DNA of 64,000 nucleotides. It comes from Bdellovibrionales bacterium Ga0074137. GTDB lineage: Bacteria > Bdellovibrionota > Bdellovibrionia > Bdellovibrionales > JAMPXM01. This document shows positions 1 through 9,942 of this stretch, in pieces. Every line of letters starts with the position of its first letter. Position 1 is the first letter of the stretch. The position numbers and the translations under genes were made by a program. Below the pieces are notes generated by a model. The model had not been told where the DNA came from and ran no database searches. It saw only the letters and a program-made list of their open reading frames with translations. The stretch spans positions 86,612 through 150,611 of the forward strand of contig LNDT01000025.1 of the NCBI GenBank assembly GCA_001464715.1. The letters run 5' to 3'.

Positions 1-350
1 GGCTTGATGGTGATGAGCGCACGAGAAAAGCAATGACTGATCTTGCGGTGATTTCAAAAGAAGTCGGCCGCGCGGTCACCGCGCGAAACCACGATCTTTT
101 GCCAAAACTTTTCGAGCGTGAGTTCGAAGCTCGTGTGAGACTTTCAGAGGGTTTTTCGAGTCCCGAAATTCGAAGGCTTCATGACGTGGCGAAGTCTTTG
201 GGCGGTCAGCTAAAAATTTGTGGTGCCGGCGGTGGAGGCTGTGTCCTCTTGTGGTCGCACGATAGAAAAGCAGAGGCATTGGCTACGGCCGCATCGAAGG
301 CAGGATTCAAAGTTTTGCCGGCGAAGCCGTGGGAACCGAATCCTCAGTGA
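1..350 (+). CDS. GHMP-family kinase, C-terminal part (5' end lies upstream of the window)
   Basis: The reading frame is open from base 3 with no stop, so the listed Met at 33 is internal. It contains the glycine-rich GHMP motif KICGAGGGGCVLL. Confidence 0.6.
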   Translation, partial: LDGDERTRKAMTDLAVISKEVGRAVTARNHDLLPKLFEREFEARVRLSEGFSSPEIRRLHDVAKSLGGQLKICGAGGGGCVLLWSHDRKAEALATAASKAGFKVLPAKPWEPNPQ

Positions 351-1276
351 TAGACGAACGTGGAACTGTTAAAAAGGCGGGAACAAGAAAGCGGGCGCCC
401 AGCGATAGCAAGGGCCTCACGGTTCACCGTTTTGCGGGCGTTGCTTTGGGCGGTGGGAAGACCGAGCGCACGGCCGTGGCTGTGATCGAATATTACCCCG
501 AAAGCCGGCGTATTTTCCTGCGCGCTCTTCGCGACCGCGTTAAAAGTGATGAGGAATCGTCCAGTGATGAAGTTCTTTTTCATCTTCTGACCGTGGAAGA
601 AGTCGGACTTGAAACGATTGCTTTCGATGCGCCTTTGCAGCTTCCAAAGTGCATTCGTTGCGATCTTGTTTGCCCGGGATTTGAGGCGTGCCGGCTTCCA
701 GAAATTCGGTGGCTTTGGGCCGAGCACGATGCGCGCGGAAAGAAAAAGCGACCGAACAAGGTTTTTACTCCTTATACCGAGCGCTGTGCCGAAGTGGCGA
801 TTGCCAATCATCTTGAAGAACCGTTTCATCCGCCGCACGCGCTGGGGTCGAACGCGGCACCTCTGGCAGCGCGAGCGCACTTTTTGGCCAGAAGAATCAC
901 TGGAAAGCGCATTTTGAATTTATCAAAGCCCGAAAGTTCGGATCCGCAGCTGATCGAAGTCTACCCGAAGCTTTCGGTGTGGAGAATCGGGCGGGATTTG
1001 AAAGTTCCCAAAAGCCATCTTCGTTTTCATCGCCATGCCGTCGACAGCGATGAGTCGCGACACTATTTTCTAAAGCAGCTGATCGAGCGCGAAATCACTT
1101 TTATTTACCAGCAAGATCTAAAAACGATGATCGAAAGCGCCCAAGCCTTCGATGCCTTCGTCGCAGCCCTCACAGCCTTTCTAAAATATCGTGGCCAAAC
1201 CGTGCCTCGGCCCGCCGGATTCCCCAAAGATGAAATCTGGATCGAGTTCCCCGAAGACCAAATTGACTGGTTTTAG
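347..1276 (+). CDS. DUF429-like protein (predicted RNase H-fold nuclease family); function unknown
   Basis: 315-aa ORF. A GTG at 347 gives a GTGA overlap with the upstream stop; the alternative GTG is at 329. Motifs FDAPLQLP, EVYPK and DAFVAALTA resemble DUF429 family patterns. This is motif-level only. Confidence 0.4.
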   Translation: MIDERGTVKKAGTRKRAPSDSKGLTVHRFAGVALGGGKTERTAVAVIEYYPESRRIFLRALRDRVKSDEESSSDEVLFHLLTVEEVGLETIAFDAPLQLPKCIRCDLVCPGFEACRLPEIRWLWAEHDARGKKKRPNKVFTPYTERCAEVAIANHLEEPFHPPHALGSNAAPLAARAHFLARRITGKRILNLSKPESSDPQLIEVYPKLSVWRIGRDLKVPKSHLRFHRHAVDSDESRHYFLKQLIEREITFIYQQDLKTMIESAQAFDAFVAALTAFLKYRGQTVPRPAGFPKDEIWIEFPEDQIDWF

Positions 1277-1574
1277 TACTCTTCCAATTTGATCCAGCCA
1301 AAAACGTCGAAGTTGTGTGTAAAGAAATGGTATCAGCTTTTCGAGCTAAGCCCTCTGAGACAAAGCCTCGGCGGCTGGCCGGCAGTCTTGAAGAAAGCAC
1401 CAGATAACAAGCAAGAAATGTAGACGGTGATACGAATCGCCACGCATGAGTTCGCTTGCGACACGATATTTATCGCTCATGCTGCTTAAAGCCCCTTTTG
1501 AAAATCGAATCAGTCACACTTGTCTCGAAAAGAGTGGTTGATTTTAAATACAAAAATACGTATGCTTCCAATTC

Positions 1575-2267
1575 ATGAAAGAAGCGGTAAAAAGTCAGGC
1601 GAAACCCGGCCTCGGGGCCGTGAAAGCATCTATAAAGTCGACGAGGAAACCGTCCATGAAACGGACAAGACGAAGTCGTTCTGGTCAGAGTTCGTTTCTG
1701 CCAGTTTTGAAAGACACGTTCATGGGTCCAGACCGTATGCCTGGCCGCGATACTCACGCGAAAGTGGGGCGACCGTTGAGCAGTCGAAAGCCCATTCATG
1801 TTTGCTTTCGATCAAAGCACGCCAAGGGCCGCCGAACGATGCTTGGTCTAAATAAAATCAAAGTCGATCGACTTGTCGCTCGAATCTCGAAGCGGTTTGG
1901 GATCAAGGTTCAGAAATACGCCAATGTCGGAAACCATCTTCACCTTGTCGTGAAGCTTCCCGGCGGCACAATGACGGCTCGGCGCCAGTATCAGAAATGG
2001 ATTCGCTTGCTCACGTCGCGAATCGCTTTTGACATCGGTGGTGGCAAAAAAAATCGACCGTTCACAGATGACACGGGCAAAAAGACTAAGTTTTGGGATG
2101 CCATACCGTTCTCACGCGTTGTCCACGGGCTTCGCGGCTGGAAGGACATGGATCGGTATGTTTTGAAGAATGAACTCGAAGCGCAAGGCGTGCCAAAGGA
2201 CCTCGCTATCACAATGGCGCGTGATCTTTTCTATTCCAGCCGGTTCGTGGGTCGCGCCGCCGGCTGA
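1575..2267 (+). CDS. IS200/IS605-like Y1 HUH transposase-like protein (COG1943 / RayT-like), with a basic N-terminal extension
   Basis: HUH motif in VGNHLHLVVKL; PIHVCFRS strand typical of the family; candidate catalytic Tyr in DRYVLKNELE. It is single copy, with no tnpB and no obvious terminal hairpins seen. The start is uncertain. Confidence 0.5.
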   Translation: MKEAVKSQAKPGLGAVKASIKSTRKPSMKRTRRSRSGQSSFLPVLKDTFMGPDRMPGRDTHAKVGRPLSSRKPIHVCFRSKHAKGRRTMLGLNKIKVDRLVARISKRFGIKVQKYANVGNHLHLVVKLPGGTMTARRQYQKWIRLLTSRIAFDIGGGKKNRPFTDDTGKKTKFWDAIPFSRVVHGLRGWKDMDRYVLKNELEAQGVPKDLAITMARDLFYSSRFVGRAAG

Positions 2268-2691
2268 CGATGTCACAAGAACACGCTCGTCGGTGCGCCG
2301 ACGCCAGCTTCGGAATCGGACGCTGGTGCCAGCTGAGCATTGGGTCGCCCACGCCGATCTTTTTCCGTCGAAGGCGTAAAGAAGGTACCCAGCAGTGCCA
2401 ACTCGTCCATAATGGAATTCAACCAGTTTAATTATATTAATTATTTCGCGCTGAACGGATGTCGGCCACCTGAAGTGCCAATATTTCAGGGGGCAAAAGT
2501 GTCGATACTATTCGGTACCACCCCATAATTTACATCGACCCACAGGCAAAATTGAGTTTTTCGAAGATTTCGAAGATACTCCAGCCGTTCGATTTTGCTA
2601 AAAATCGCGAGAGTTTTTGAGCTTCATTTGGCCGCCTTCGGGGCGCCTTTCATCTGGGCCTTGAACGATCGCAAAATAGACGAGGTATTTC

Positions 2692-3165
2692 ATGACTAAG
2701 ATATTTGGTTCGATTTCTAGGACATCGCGCGCGGCCGTTCTTTTTTGCGCGGCCGTCGTCGTTTCGACTGGCCTTGCATCGGTTTCTCATGCGACTCCGG
2801 GCGATGCTCTTTGCACGGGTAAAACTGCGGACGGACGAAGTGTTGAAGTTCTTTTGGGCTATGAAAACTTCGATCAGGAAACGGCGTCCTTCATCGAAGT
2901 GTCGTTGGACGAGAACAAGATCGCGATTTTTCCAAAAGAGACAATCCGCGTTGGTTATGCTGACTTCAGCACAACGGGAGAGCCGGTTCTAATGTTCTTT
3001 CAGGCGGCCGAGCAAGGCGCTGATCGCTTAAACCTAGTTTACTTTGGGACATCATCAGCCTCGGGAGAGACTGCTGTGTTACTTGATCTCAAAATTCCCG
3101 CAGTACCTGGCAAGGCTAACTCAAAAGAAATTTTGATAAAGACTATCCTGGCTTGCCAGCCTTAG
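2692..3165 (+). CDS. secreted hypothetical protein
   Basis: ATG start with an N-terminal signal-like segment AAVLFCAAVVVSTGLASVSHA. No recognisable domain. Confidence 0.5.
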   Translation: MTKIFGSISRTSRAAVLFCAAVVVSTGLASVSHATPGDALCTGKTADGRSVEVLLGYENFDQETASFIEVSLDENKIAIFPKETIRVGYADFSTTGEPVLMFFQAAEQGADRLNLVYFGTSSASGETAVLLDLKIPAVPGKANSKEILIKTILACQP

Positions 3166-3174
3166 GAATTACAT

Positions 3175-3948
3175 ATGAAGAACCTCTTTATCTTAGCGAT
3201 CATGTTTTTTTTCCAGAACGCATCGGCATTGGACGTCACGTATCGGATCAAGGCCGATTACAAGGACCCACAGATCGCGCAGATGACGTGCTCTGGGCAA
3301 TCCTGCGCATGTGCGCCGGACACTGTGCTCGACGAGCGGCAAAAGCTGTGTCTGACGTGTCCAGCGGGTCACGACTTGGTCAATGCTAACGGACGAAAGC
3401 AGTGTGTAGATCCCAACATCCCGCTGACCCAGACGATCAAAGGCTGGAACGCTTTTGACCCAGCGAAAAGCCCGGCCGCTCAGATGTTGCTTGATGAAGA
3501 AAGCAGTCAGCCCTCGTTGTGTGATGTTACAAAGATGGTTGATGGAAAGTTCACGAGCTGTGAGTGCCCCGCGCGCACTTTGACTGTCACGCTGAACGAG
3601 GCCACAAAGCAGACGCTTGGTGTTCAAATTTCTAAGGCCTTCAATCAACAGTCGCAAAATTGTGAGAGAAGTCGCCCTTATGTAGTGACCGTGCCCAACA
3701 TCAGTTGCCGTGGTCCGAAAAAAGGTGCTTTTCTTAATCTTGAGACGATGGGTTTGATCTCTTACGATTATGAAGAACCGAATTTCTCATTGGGTAGCTG
3801 CGGAGCGATTGATGGAACACACACACTCAACTTAAAGAAATCAGAGAACATGACCAGCGTTCTCGACGCCATAGCTTTGACGATGAGCTTATCGTCGGAC
3901 CGCTCGATCGAGTCATTTGAAATTGACGCCAATTCTCTGAACTACTAG
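3175..3948 (+). CDS. secreted cysteine-rich hypothetical protein
   Basis: Signal peptide MKNLFILAIMFFFQNASA and many paired Cys residues. Followed by a strong terminator. Confidence 0.55.
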   Translation: MKNLFILAIMFFFQNASALDVTYRIKADYKDPQIAQMTCSGQSCACAPDTVLDERQKLCLTCPAGHDLVNANGRKQCVDPNIPLTQTIKGWNAFDPAKSPAAQMLLDEESSQPSLCDVTKMVDGKFTSCECPARTLTVTLNEATKQTLGVQISKAFNQQSQNCERSRPYVVTVPNISCRGPKKGAFLNLETMGLISYDYEEPNFSLGSCGAIDGTHTLNLKKSENMTSVLDAIALTMSLSSDRSIESFEIDANSLNY

Positions 3949-3953
3949 GCACT

Positions 3954-3982
3954 CGAACCCGACGCAAGTCGGGTTCGCTTTT
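3954..3982 (+). terminator. rho-independent terminator
   Basis: 10-bp stem cgaacccgac / gtcgggttcg with a gcaa loop, followed by ctttt. It lies directly after the stop at 3948. Confidence 0.6.
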
Positions 3983-4057
3983 AAGAGCAAGGCCTCTTTC
4001 AGGGCTTCTTGGCAGCCTCCACTGGATGTCCCAGTTTTAAAATGCGACACTTTCTTT

Positions 4058-5092
4058 GTGCTTCCAAAACAGATGCTCGCAAAATTCCTCGTCTCGATGA
4101 CGGCCCTAATTTCAGCGGCTGCCCCATCCAAAGGCGTCGCCGAAAGTGATTCGTCGTTGGCGCCGATCGCATCGATTGAAAAGATCGCTGTGTTTCCAGT
4201 TCTCTACCAAGGTGAGCGCGGAACAAAGGTCGATCCCGAAACTGCGAAAAGCTTGGACGATACGTGGTGGCAAGTTCGCGACGAATTGACCGAGACCGGA
4301 AGATTTGTCGTAGCCAGCCGCGCGTTCTTACAGAAGGCTGACGCGTTTCAGCCGCGGGGAAAGCTTTCCGTGGGTGACGCTGTCATTCTTGGTCGCTACG
4401 TCGAATCTCACGCGCTTTTGACAATGAGTCTAAAAGACCGGTCGTTCACAATTTCCGTCGCAAGTTCAATCGATGGAACAATGATCTGGACGATGACGGT
4501 GGACCTTCATCCTTCGGTTCTCATTCGCGAACAAATCGCCGGCGTCTCGCGCGCCCTGGTGCGCGAATTTATCGCAAGTTTCCCGTATCAAGCTGTGACG
4601 ACCGTCGATGCGCTTTCAAAAAGAGCTCAGTTCGATGATGGTCGGCGGAAGCTCGCGCGGCTTCGCCTGGCTCCTAAAAGCGTGGCCGTCGGCGATAAGG
4701 CGGAATGGGTGCAGGTTCGACGTGATAGTTTGGGTGCTCTTTTCCAAGGAGCTTCCAAGGTGTCCGTTCGCGCTGAAGGCACCGTTGTCGAGGTCCAAGA
4801 TCAGAACGTCGTCGTTGAGCTCAATCGGTTCGACGAAGGGTTCGTCATCATCGAGGGGGCTCTTGTGAATCTACCAAAGGAGCAAGCGCGGCTTTTGGAG
4901 CTTTCAAAGTCCAAAGATTCGGCGACATCAAAGGCGGTCGTTTCACTTTTGGCGGCTGACACGGCTTCGGGCGGTGCCTCGATCGTGCCCGAAGGAAAAA
5001 CCGAAGAACAGCGCCGGGACGAGTCGGGGCCACTGGCCACAACACTTTCTATTCTCGCAAGCCTTGCCGTTATTCTCCTTCTTGCGTTCTAA
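4058..5092 (+). CDS. hypothetical exported protein with a C-terminal membrane anchor
   Basis: N-terminal signal-like segment and a C-terminal hydrophobic tail LSILASLAVILLLAF. The start is GTG at 4058 or ATG at 4073. Confidence 0.55.
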   Translation: MLPKQMLAKFLVSMTALISAAAPSKGVAESDSSLAPIASIEKIAVFPVLYQGERGTKVDPETAKSLDDTWWQVRDELTETGRFVVASRAFLQKADAFQPRGKLSVGDAVILGRYVESHALLTMSLKDRSFTISVASSIDGTMIWTMTVDLHPSVLIREQIAGVSRALVREFIASFPYQAVTTVDALSKRAQFDDGRRKLARLRLAPKSVAVGDKAEWVQVRRDSLGALFQGASKVSVRAEGTVVEVQDQNVVVELNRFDEGFVIIEGALVNLPKEQARLLELSKSKDSATSKAVVSLLAADTASGGASIVPEGKTEEQRRDESGPLATTLSILASLAVILLLAF

Positions 5093-5098
5093 TAGGCT

Positions 5099-6175
5099 GT
5101 GGCCGATTGGGAATACAGATCAGAGACTGAAGGGGACGTCGTTAATTTTCGCTACGCAGGCGAGAATCTTGAGCGCGCGTTTTCAGAAGTCTATGTTTGG
5201 GATCTGGACAAAACTTATCTCGATACAAGTCTCGCGTCGATCGGTGAGCTGTGGCGAACAGCGTTGGAAAAAGCATTCCAGAAAAAAAATATTCCAGGTA
5301 CGGCCACTCTTGTTCGCGCGCTTCGATCCGGCTGGGAGGACAAACGGGGAAAACTCGCTTTCCCGATTTATTTCATCACCGCAAGTCCTCCGCAGATGGA
5401 AGAGCGAATCAATCAAAAGCTCAACCTCGACGACATCAATCCTTTAGGCGCGTTTTATAAAGACAATCTCAAGAACTGGAAGCCTTCGCGCTGGTGGCGA
5501 CTCACCAAACAGGTCGGTTTTAAAGTTCAAGCACTTCTTCAGCTTCGAGTTCGTCTAAAAGACGATGTTCGGCAAATTCTTTGGGGTGATGATTCCGAGA
5601 GCGACGCGATTATTTATTCGCTCTATTCCGATATCTGCGCTCGTCGTTGGAGCGAAAAAGAATTGATCGAAATATTGTCGCGACTCCATGTGATCGGCGA
5701 GCAGACGGAAACGATTTTGGATTTACAGGATCAGATTCCCGTTCACGATCCGGTCGAGAAAATCTACATCAACCTCGCCACCGACACGGATCCTGAGTAC
5801 TACTTAAAATTTGGTCGTCGCTGCGTTCCGACTTCGAGTTCGCTTCAGGCGGCGCTGGATCTTTTTCAAGATGGACGCTTAAGTTCCGAGCGAGTTCTGG
5901 AAGTCGCTCGCGACATGCGTGAGAACTATGCGATCTCGCTCGAATTCATGGAGGCGGGAATCGACAATCTCGTTCGTCGCCAGATTCTTGGAAAGCCCGC
6001 AGTCGAAGCGATTTTACCGAAGCTCGCAGCGCATGGATTTATTTCGAATGATTTTAAAACTTCTGTCGAACCTCGCGCTGTCGAAGAAGAGCGCGAAGGT
6101 CGTGTCTATCGCCTCGAAGGTGTTCATGAACTTTGGATGCCTGAAGGCATCGACTACCTTCACGACTCTCGTTAG
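5099..6175 (+). CDS. HAD-superfamily phosphatase-like protein (App1/DUF2183-like)
   Basis: DxDxT motif in VWDLDKTYLDT and a second acidic motif, WGDDSESDAIIY. Motif-level assignment. Confidence 0.45.
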   Translation: MADWEYRSETEGDVVNFRYAGENLERAFSEVYVWDLDKTYLDTSLASIGELWRTALEKAFQKKNIPGTATLVRALRSGWEDKRGKLAFPIYFITASPPQMEERINQKLNLDDINPLGAFYKDNLKNWKPSRWWRLTKQVGFKVQALLQLRVRLKDDVRQILWGDDSESDAIIYSLYSDICARRWSEKELIEILSRLHVIGEQTETILDLQDQIPVHDPVEKIYINLATDTDPEYYLKFGRRCVPTSSSLQAALDLFQDGRLSSERVLEVARDMRENYAISLEFMEAGIDNLVRRQILGKPAVEAILPKLAAHGFISNDFKTSVEPRAVEEEREGRVYRLEGVHELWMPEGIDYLHDSR

Positions 6176-6205
6176 ATACTTAAGAGGCAAGCTCTCTGAG
6201 CTTGA

Positions 6206-6706
6206 TTACTTACCGTCGGCGTAAACGCGCGGTTCTTTGGGCTTCTCTAAATGTCCCATTTTAATATCGAGATCAAACACATCGCCGCGCGCATTCTTCG
6301 CTTGAACGATCTTCTTTCCGATAAGCTTCAACCTCGTGACCGGAATCGCAATCAAAGGATCGGCCGCGGAAACCATTGCGCCTGCTGGCGATGTCGGTTC
6401 TGTTTGAGAATAAATTCGGCGTTCCCACTGAAGTTCACCGTTGTCCGTCGCATAAGCGACGATGAAAGTGTCGATCGAGCAGATTCTGCGTCCGGAAACA
6501 CAAGCGTTCGCTTGAACCCGAACAGTGAACGTCGAATTTTTCAGCGTGACCGGCGCCGGCGTCGCAACTGGGTTTGCCTCAGGAATCGCACTTGTCGACG
6601 TTGATGGAGTCACCGCCGGAGTCGTCGGTGGCGACGGTTTCGTCGCGTGGCTGAAGCTTTGCGCAGTGATCAACAAAATACTTATGCCAAGAATGAATAC
6701 TTTCAT
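6206..6706 (-). CDS. secreted hypothetical protein with a Pro/Thr-rich linker
   Basis: Signal peptide MKVFILGISILLITAQSFSHA followed by a PTTPAVTPSTSTS linker. Confidence 0.5.
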   Translation of the reverse strand: MKVFILGISILLITAQSFSHATKPSPPTTPAVTPSTSTSAIPEANPVATPAPVTLKNSTFTVRVQANACVSGRRICSIDTFIVAYATDNGELQWERRIYSQTEPTSPAGAMVSAADPLIAIPVTRLKLIGKKIVQAKNARGDVFDLDIKMGHLEKPKEPRVYADGK

Positions 6707-6718
6707 ACGAGCGACCTC

Positions 6719-7735
6719 CTACTCAAGAGCGATTGGAAATTCAGCGATCGGAATTGTTGGACCTTGGAATTGGCGAAAGCGAAGTCGCTCGAGCGCCTGA
6801 GTAATACAGCGATCAAACGTCGGATCCTTGAACGGAGATTTCAGAACGCGCGACGCTTCTGTTTTTCCCGTCGAAAGAATTTTGAAGCTCACCGTGATCT
6901 CTCCGCGCGGAAGTGCTCCGACCCGAGCACCGGCCTCCGACATTCGGTTGACCATTGTAACGTAACACTTTTGAAAACTGCCGGCCTGCGAGCGAACTTG
7001 AGTTCGGATATCGTCATTCGTCAGTGTTGAACCAAGAAGACCCATCTGTTTTTTCTTCGGAAGAGTTTTTTGGCGAGGGTCGGCCGCTTCCAAGGCATCG
7101 AGGTCGACGGCGGGTACGGTGGCAAGCTCGCTCTCTTGTTCGATTTCTAGTTTTTCTTGAAGATCTTGACCTTCCTGCTGGTCTTTTCCGCTCTCAGCAC
7201 CGGGTTCGGATGATTCTCCAATTTGAATCAGCGGAACCATGCGCGGCATCGGAGTGCTTCCATCCCGGAAATTAATTTCTTGTCCCTGGTGCAGAAGCAC
7301 GAAGAGGGGATTGGTCCCGGCGTTTAGGACCGTCACTTCTCCGGCCAGAACCGTCGCCTGAATGGCGCCATCGCGAGACGTGTCGATTTGAGCAACGATG
7401 CGCGAATTCTCAAGGAGGCGAAGCGTGGGGCCTGGGCGAAATTCAATAACGGCGGCGGAAGCGGCTTGAGTTTGAACAACGGATTCCGCGCGCAGCGGGC
7501 CCATGGTGGCTGGTTCATAGCGAGTTCCGCGTGGGGGCCGAACCAAAACTTGTCCTTCAATACTTTGTAGTTCGCCGACGACGGGTCCGTTGAAGGCTCG
7601 ACTTTGGGAGCCCGCGCGACCTGAATCGCGAAGGTACTCGTTCATTCCGTAGGCCGCGACAAGAGCCGCAAAAATCGCGACAATCGTCGGAAGTTTAGCT
7701 TTGAGACGTGCTCTCGCGCCAGGCGTGTCGGTCAC
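6719..7735 (-). CDS. membrane-anchored protein with a FecR-like middle region and an AgmX/PglI-type C-terminal domain
   Basis: N-terminal TM segment IVAIFAALVAAYG. C-terminal SFQKCY...GEITVSFKI...FDRCI pattern, as in AgmX/PglI C-terminal domains. The GTG start forms a GTGA overlap with the secG stop. Confidence 0.5.
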   Translation of the reverse strand: MTDTPGARARLKAKLPTIVAIFAALVAAYGMNEYLRDSGRAGSQSRAFNGPVVGELQSIEGQVLVRPPRGTRYEPATMGPLRAESVVQTQAASAAVIEFRPGPTLRLLENSRIVAQIDTSRDGAIQATVLAGEVTVLNAGTNPLFVLLHQGQEINFRDGSTPMPRMVPLIQIGESSEPGAESGKDQQEGQDLQEKLEIEQESELATVPAVDLDALEAADPRQKTLPKKKQMGLLGSTLTNDDIRTQVRSQAGSFQKCYVTMVNRMSEAGARVGALPRGEITVSFKILSTGKTEASRVLKSPFKDPTFDRCITQALERLRFRQFQGPTIPIAEFPIALE

Positions 7736-8175
7736 TTCGCCGGTGCGGTGTCAGGCGTTGTCGAAGGAGCCGCGGCCGGTGCCGCCGCAGGCGCGGTAGC
7801 TGAAGGCGCAGTCGCCGGAGTTGTCGCCGCTGGCGTCGTCGAAGCCGGAGCTTCGATGGGTGCCGTCGCTGCCGCTGCCGGCATCGAATCGAAAACCGAG
7901 CCCGCATCACGGCGGCTAAGAATTGTCAGCAGAAGGCAGCAAATACCGAAGACGATCGCCGCGTACCGAGTCATCTTCTGAAGCAAAGTCGCTCCGCCAG
8001 TAGCTCCGATAACAGTGTTCGAACCGCCGCCGCCAAACATGGCGCTTCCGCCAGTGCTTTTAGGATCTTGAAGAAGCACGAGCGCAATAAGGAGGAAGCA
8101 AGCAATGATGTGAATGATCGCGATGACGGTCAGCATGAAAATTCCTAACGCAATTATCAGTTCGAAAGATTTCAA
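7732..8175 (-). CDS. secG: preprotein translocase subunit SecG with a long Ala/Pro/Thr-rich C-terminal tail
   Basis: Two TM helices flank LLQDPKSTGGSAMFGGGGSN, the SecG signature. The tail is about 55 aa of AATAPIEAPASTTPAATTPA... Confidence 0.75.
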   Translation of the reverse strand: MKSFELIIALGIFMLTVIAIIHIIACFLLIALVLLQDPKSTGGSAMFGGGGSNTVIGATGGATLLQKMTRYAAIVFGICCLLLTILSRRDAGSVFDSMPAAAATAPIEAPASTTPAATTPATAPSATAPAAAPAAAPSTTPDTAPAK

Positions 8176-8222
8176 TTTATAGATTGGCTTGGGGGGCGTC
8201 GTCCATTGTTTTTCGTGACGCG

Positions 8223-9185
8223 TTAAGCGGCTTTTCGTGCGCTTTCACGGGCAACGACCAGGCCGACGACGTGCGCAGTCATCTGGGCGAACCGAATTTC
8301 GAAATCCGAGAGCACGGTTTTGCTATCGGGGAGGCGAACCGAGACCACGCCCCAGATGTCGCCGCCGACCCGAACCGGGCAAACCAGCATGGCGTTAAAG
8401 GAAATGGACTTTGTTTGGGCAGCAATCGCGGCCATCGTCGTGTCGTCTTTAAGGTTGTCCAGGGCCAAGGTTTTTTCAGACCGCAAAACGAAAATCACTT
8501 CCGGATATTTCGCCAGATCCAATTTCAAACCATCGATGTCTTTTTTGTCGCTCGACGCGCGAACCGTGCCCTCGTTCACTCCAAGCCGCGCTTCAATCGC
8601 CGACACACGAACGGCCTCGGTCGCAAGCCCCAGCATTCCTGTCAGGTTGTAAAGCGACTGCGCGAGAGGTGCGAGTTTCAGACTTTCTCGCAAGAGAAGT
8701 TCGGTCAAATGCATATAGTGAAGAGCGCGCCCTGAATCGGACACGTCGCCGGCTTTCAGCTCGGTGACCTGACGCTTGGTTTGAAGGTGAAGAATGAGGC
8801 GGCTGACCAGGTCTTCAGCTTTGATAGGCTTAACAAGGTAGTCGCTGGCTCCGGCCTTTAAACACTCTTTCACATTGGCCATGGAGTTGTGCGAGGACAT
8901 GACGAAAACGCGCGATTTTAATTCCGTGTTTTTGTCGTCCGCCAAAATGCCTTCGGCTTTTAGTTTTTTTAAGAATGCGGGGCCGACCATGTCTGACATA
9001 ACCATGTCGTAGAGGACAAAATGTGGGCACCATTCGCGAACCGTTTCCAAAGCGTCGGCGCCCGACGTCACCGTGCGGACTTGAAAGCCGCGCTCACTCA
9101 GCGAATCACGCAATTTGTCCGAGACAAACTGAGTTTCCTCGGCCAAAAGTATTCGGGTGTCGGATGGATGCCGCGGCTTGCTCAA
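8223..9185 (-). CDS. response regulator (receiver domain) fused to a GAF-like domain
   Basis: REC pattern ILLAEE...VLYDMVMSDM...SDYLVKPI. The C-terminal ~170 aa is GAF-like. No DNA-binding domain seen. Confidence 0.7.
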   Translation of the reverse strand: MSKPRHPSDTRILLAEETQFVSDKLRDSLSERGFQVRTVTSGADALETVREWCPHFVLYDMVMSDMVGPAFLKKLKAEGILADDKNTELKSRVFVMSSHNSMANVKECLKAGASDYLVKPIKAEDLVSRLILHLQTKRQVTELKAGDVSDSGRALHYMHLTELLLRESLKLAPLAQSLYNLTGMLGLATEAVRVSAIEARLGVNEGTVRASSDKKDIDGLKLDLAKYPEVIFVLRSEKTLALDNLKDDTTMAAIAAQTKSISFNAMLVCPVRVGGDIWGVVSVRLPDSKTVLSDFEIRFAQMTAHVVGLVVARESARKAA

Positions 9186-9288
9186 AGGTTAAGATTCCTC
9201 CAAGCATCTCTTCGGCCATTTGGCGGAGAAACCCGAGGATAATGCAGTGCGCAATTGCCTCGGCGTCTGCGATTAAGAAAGGGGTCTT

Positions 9289-9942
9289 ATGAGATTTCTG
9301 TCGTTTGAAGGCCTCGACGGTTCGGGGAAGTCGACTTTGATCGAAGGATTGAAGGCCGAGCTTGAGCGCCGCAAGATCAAAGTCCAGGTCACGCGCGAAC
9401 CCGGCGGTACACCTCTCGCCGAAGAAATTCGGAATCTGATTTTGAGACCCGAGGGCGGCGAGGCACCGGTCGCGGCCACCGAAATTCTTTTGTATCAAGC
9501 AAGCCGCGCCCAGCATGTTGCGAAAGTGATCGCTCCGGCGCTCGCTTTGGGAGAGTGGGTTCTTTGCGACCGTTTTAGCGAATCGACCGTGGCGTTTCAG
9601 TGTTTTGCGCGCGGGCTTGATCGCGGTGAAGTCAATCGGTTGAACCGATTTGCCGAGCAGGGGTTAAGACCCGAACTCGTCGTGTATTTAGATTTGTCGG
9701 TCGATGCCAGTCGCGCTCGTCAAAATCGCCGCGCAGAAAAAGACAGCGCTCGGTCTTTGGACCGCATCGAAAAAGAGGCCGACGCTTTTCACGAACGCGT
9801 TCGCGAAGGATTTTTGGCCCAAGTGAAGGAAGAGCCCGAGCGTTGGTTTGTTTTGGATGCGGATCTAAGTCCCTCTGATCTTTTGGCAAAAACGGTCAGT
9901 GAACTTTCGCGCCGTGGTTGGTTTGAAGGGATTGGTTCATGA
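9289..9942 (+). CDS. tmk: thymidylate kinase
   Basis: P-loop FEGLDGSGKST and TREPGGTPLAEEIR motifs. ATGA overlap with holB. Confidence 0.9.
   Translation: MRFLSFEGLDGSGKSTLIEGLKAELERRKIKVQVTREPGGTPLAEEIRNLILRPEGGEAPVAATEILLYQASRAQHVAKVIAPALALGEWVLCDRFSESTVAFQCFARGLDRGEVNRLNRFAEQGLRPELVVYLDLSVDASRARQNRRAEKDSARSLDRIEKEADAFHERVREGFLAQVKEEPERWFVLDADLSPSDLLAKTVSELSRRGWFEGIGS

Noticed and set aside
1277-2691. REPtron idea: REP-like units flanking the Y1 transposase-like gene
   Set aside because: I scanned both flanks and found no GCTGGGC..GCCCAGC units or other paired hairpins. Any link to the repeats at 38.4 and 40.75 kb remains purely hypothetical.
7695-7910. 71-aa extremely Arg-rich minus-strand ORF, plus the Ala/Gly-rich plus-strand ORF at 7748-7981
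   Set aside because: Both are alternative-frame readings of the GC-rich A/P/T tail region of secG.
8184-8735. 183-aa plus-strand ORF
   Set aside because: It is antisense to the response-regulator/GAF gene, which has clear REC motifs.
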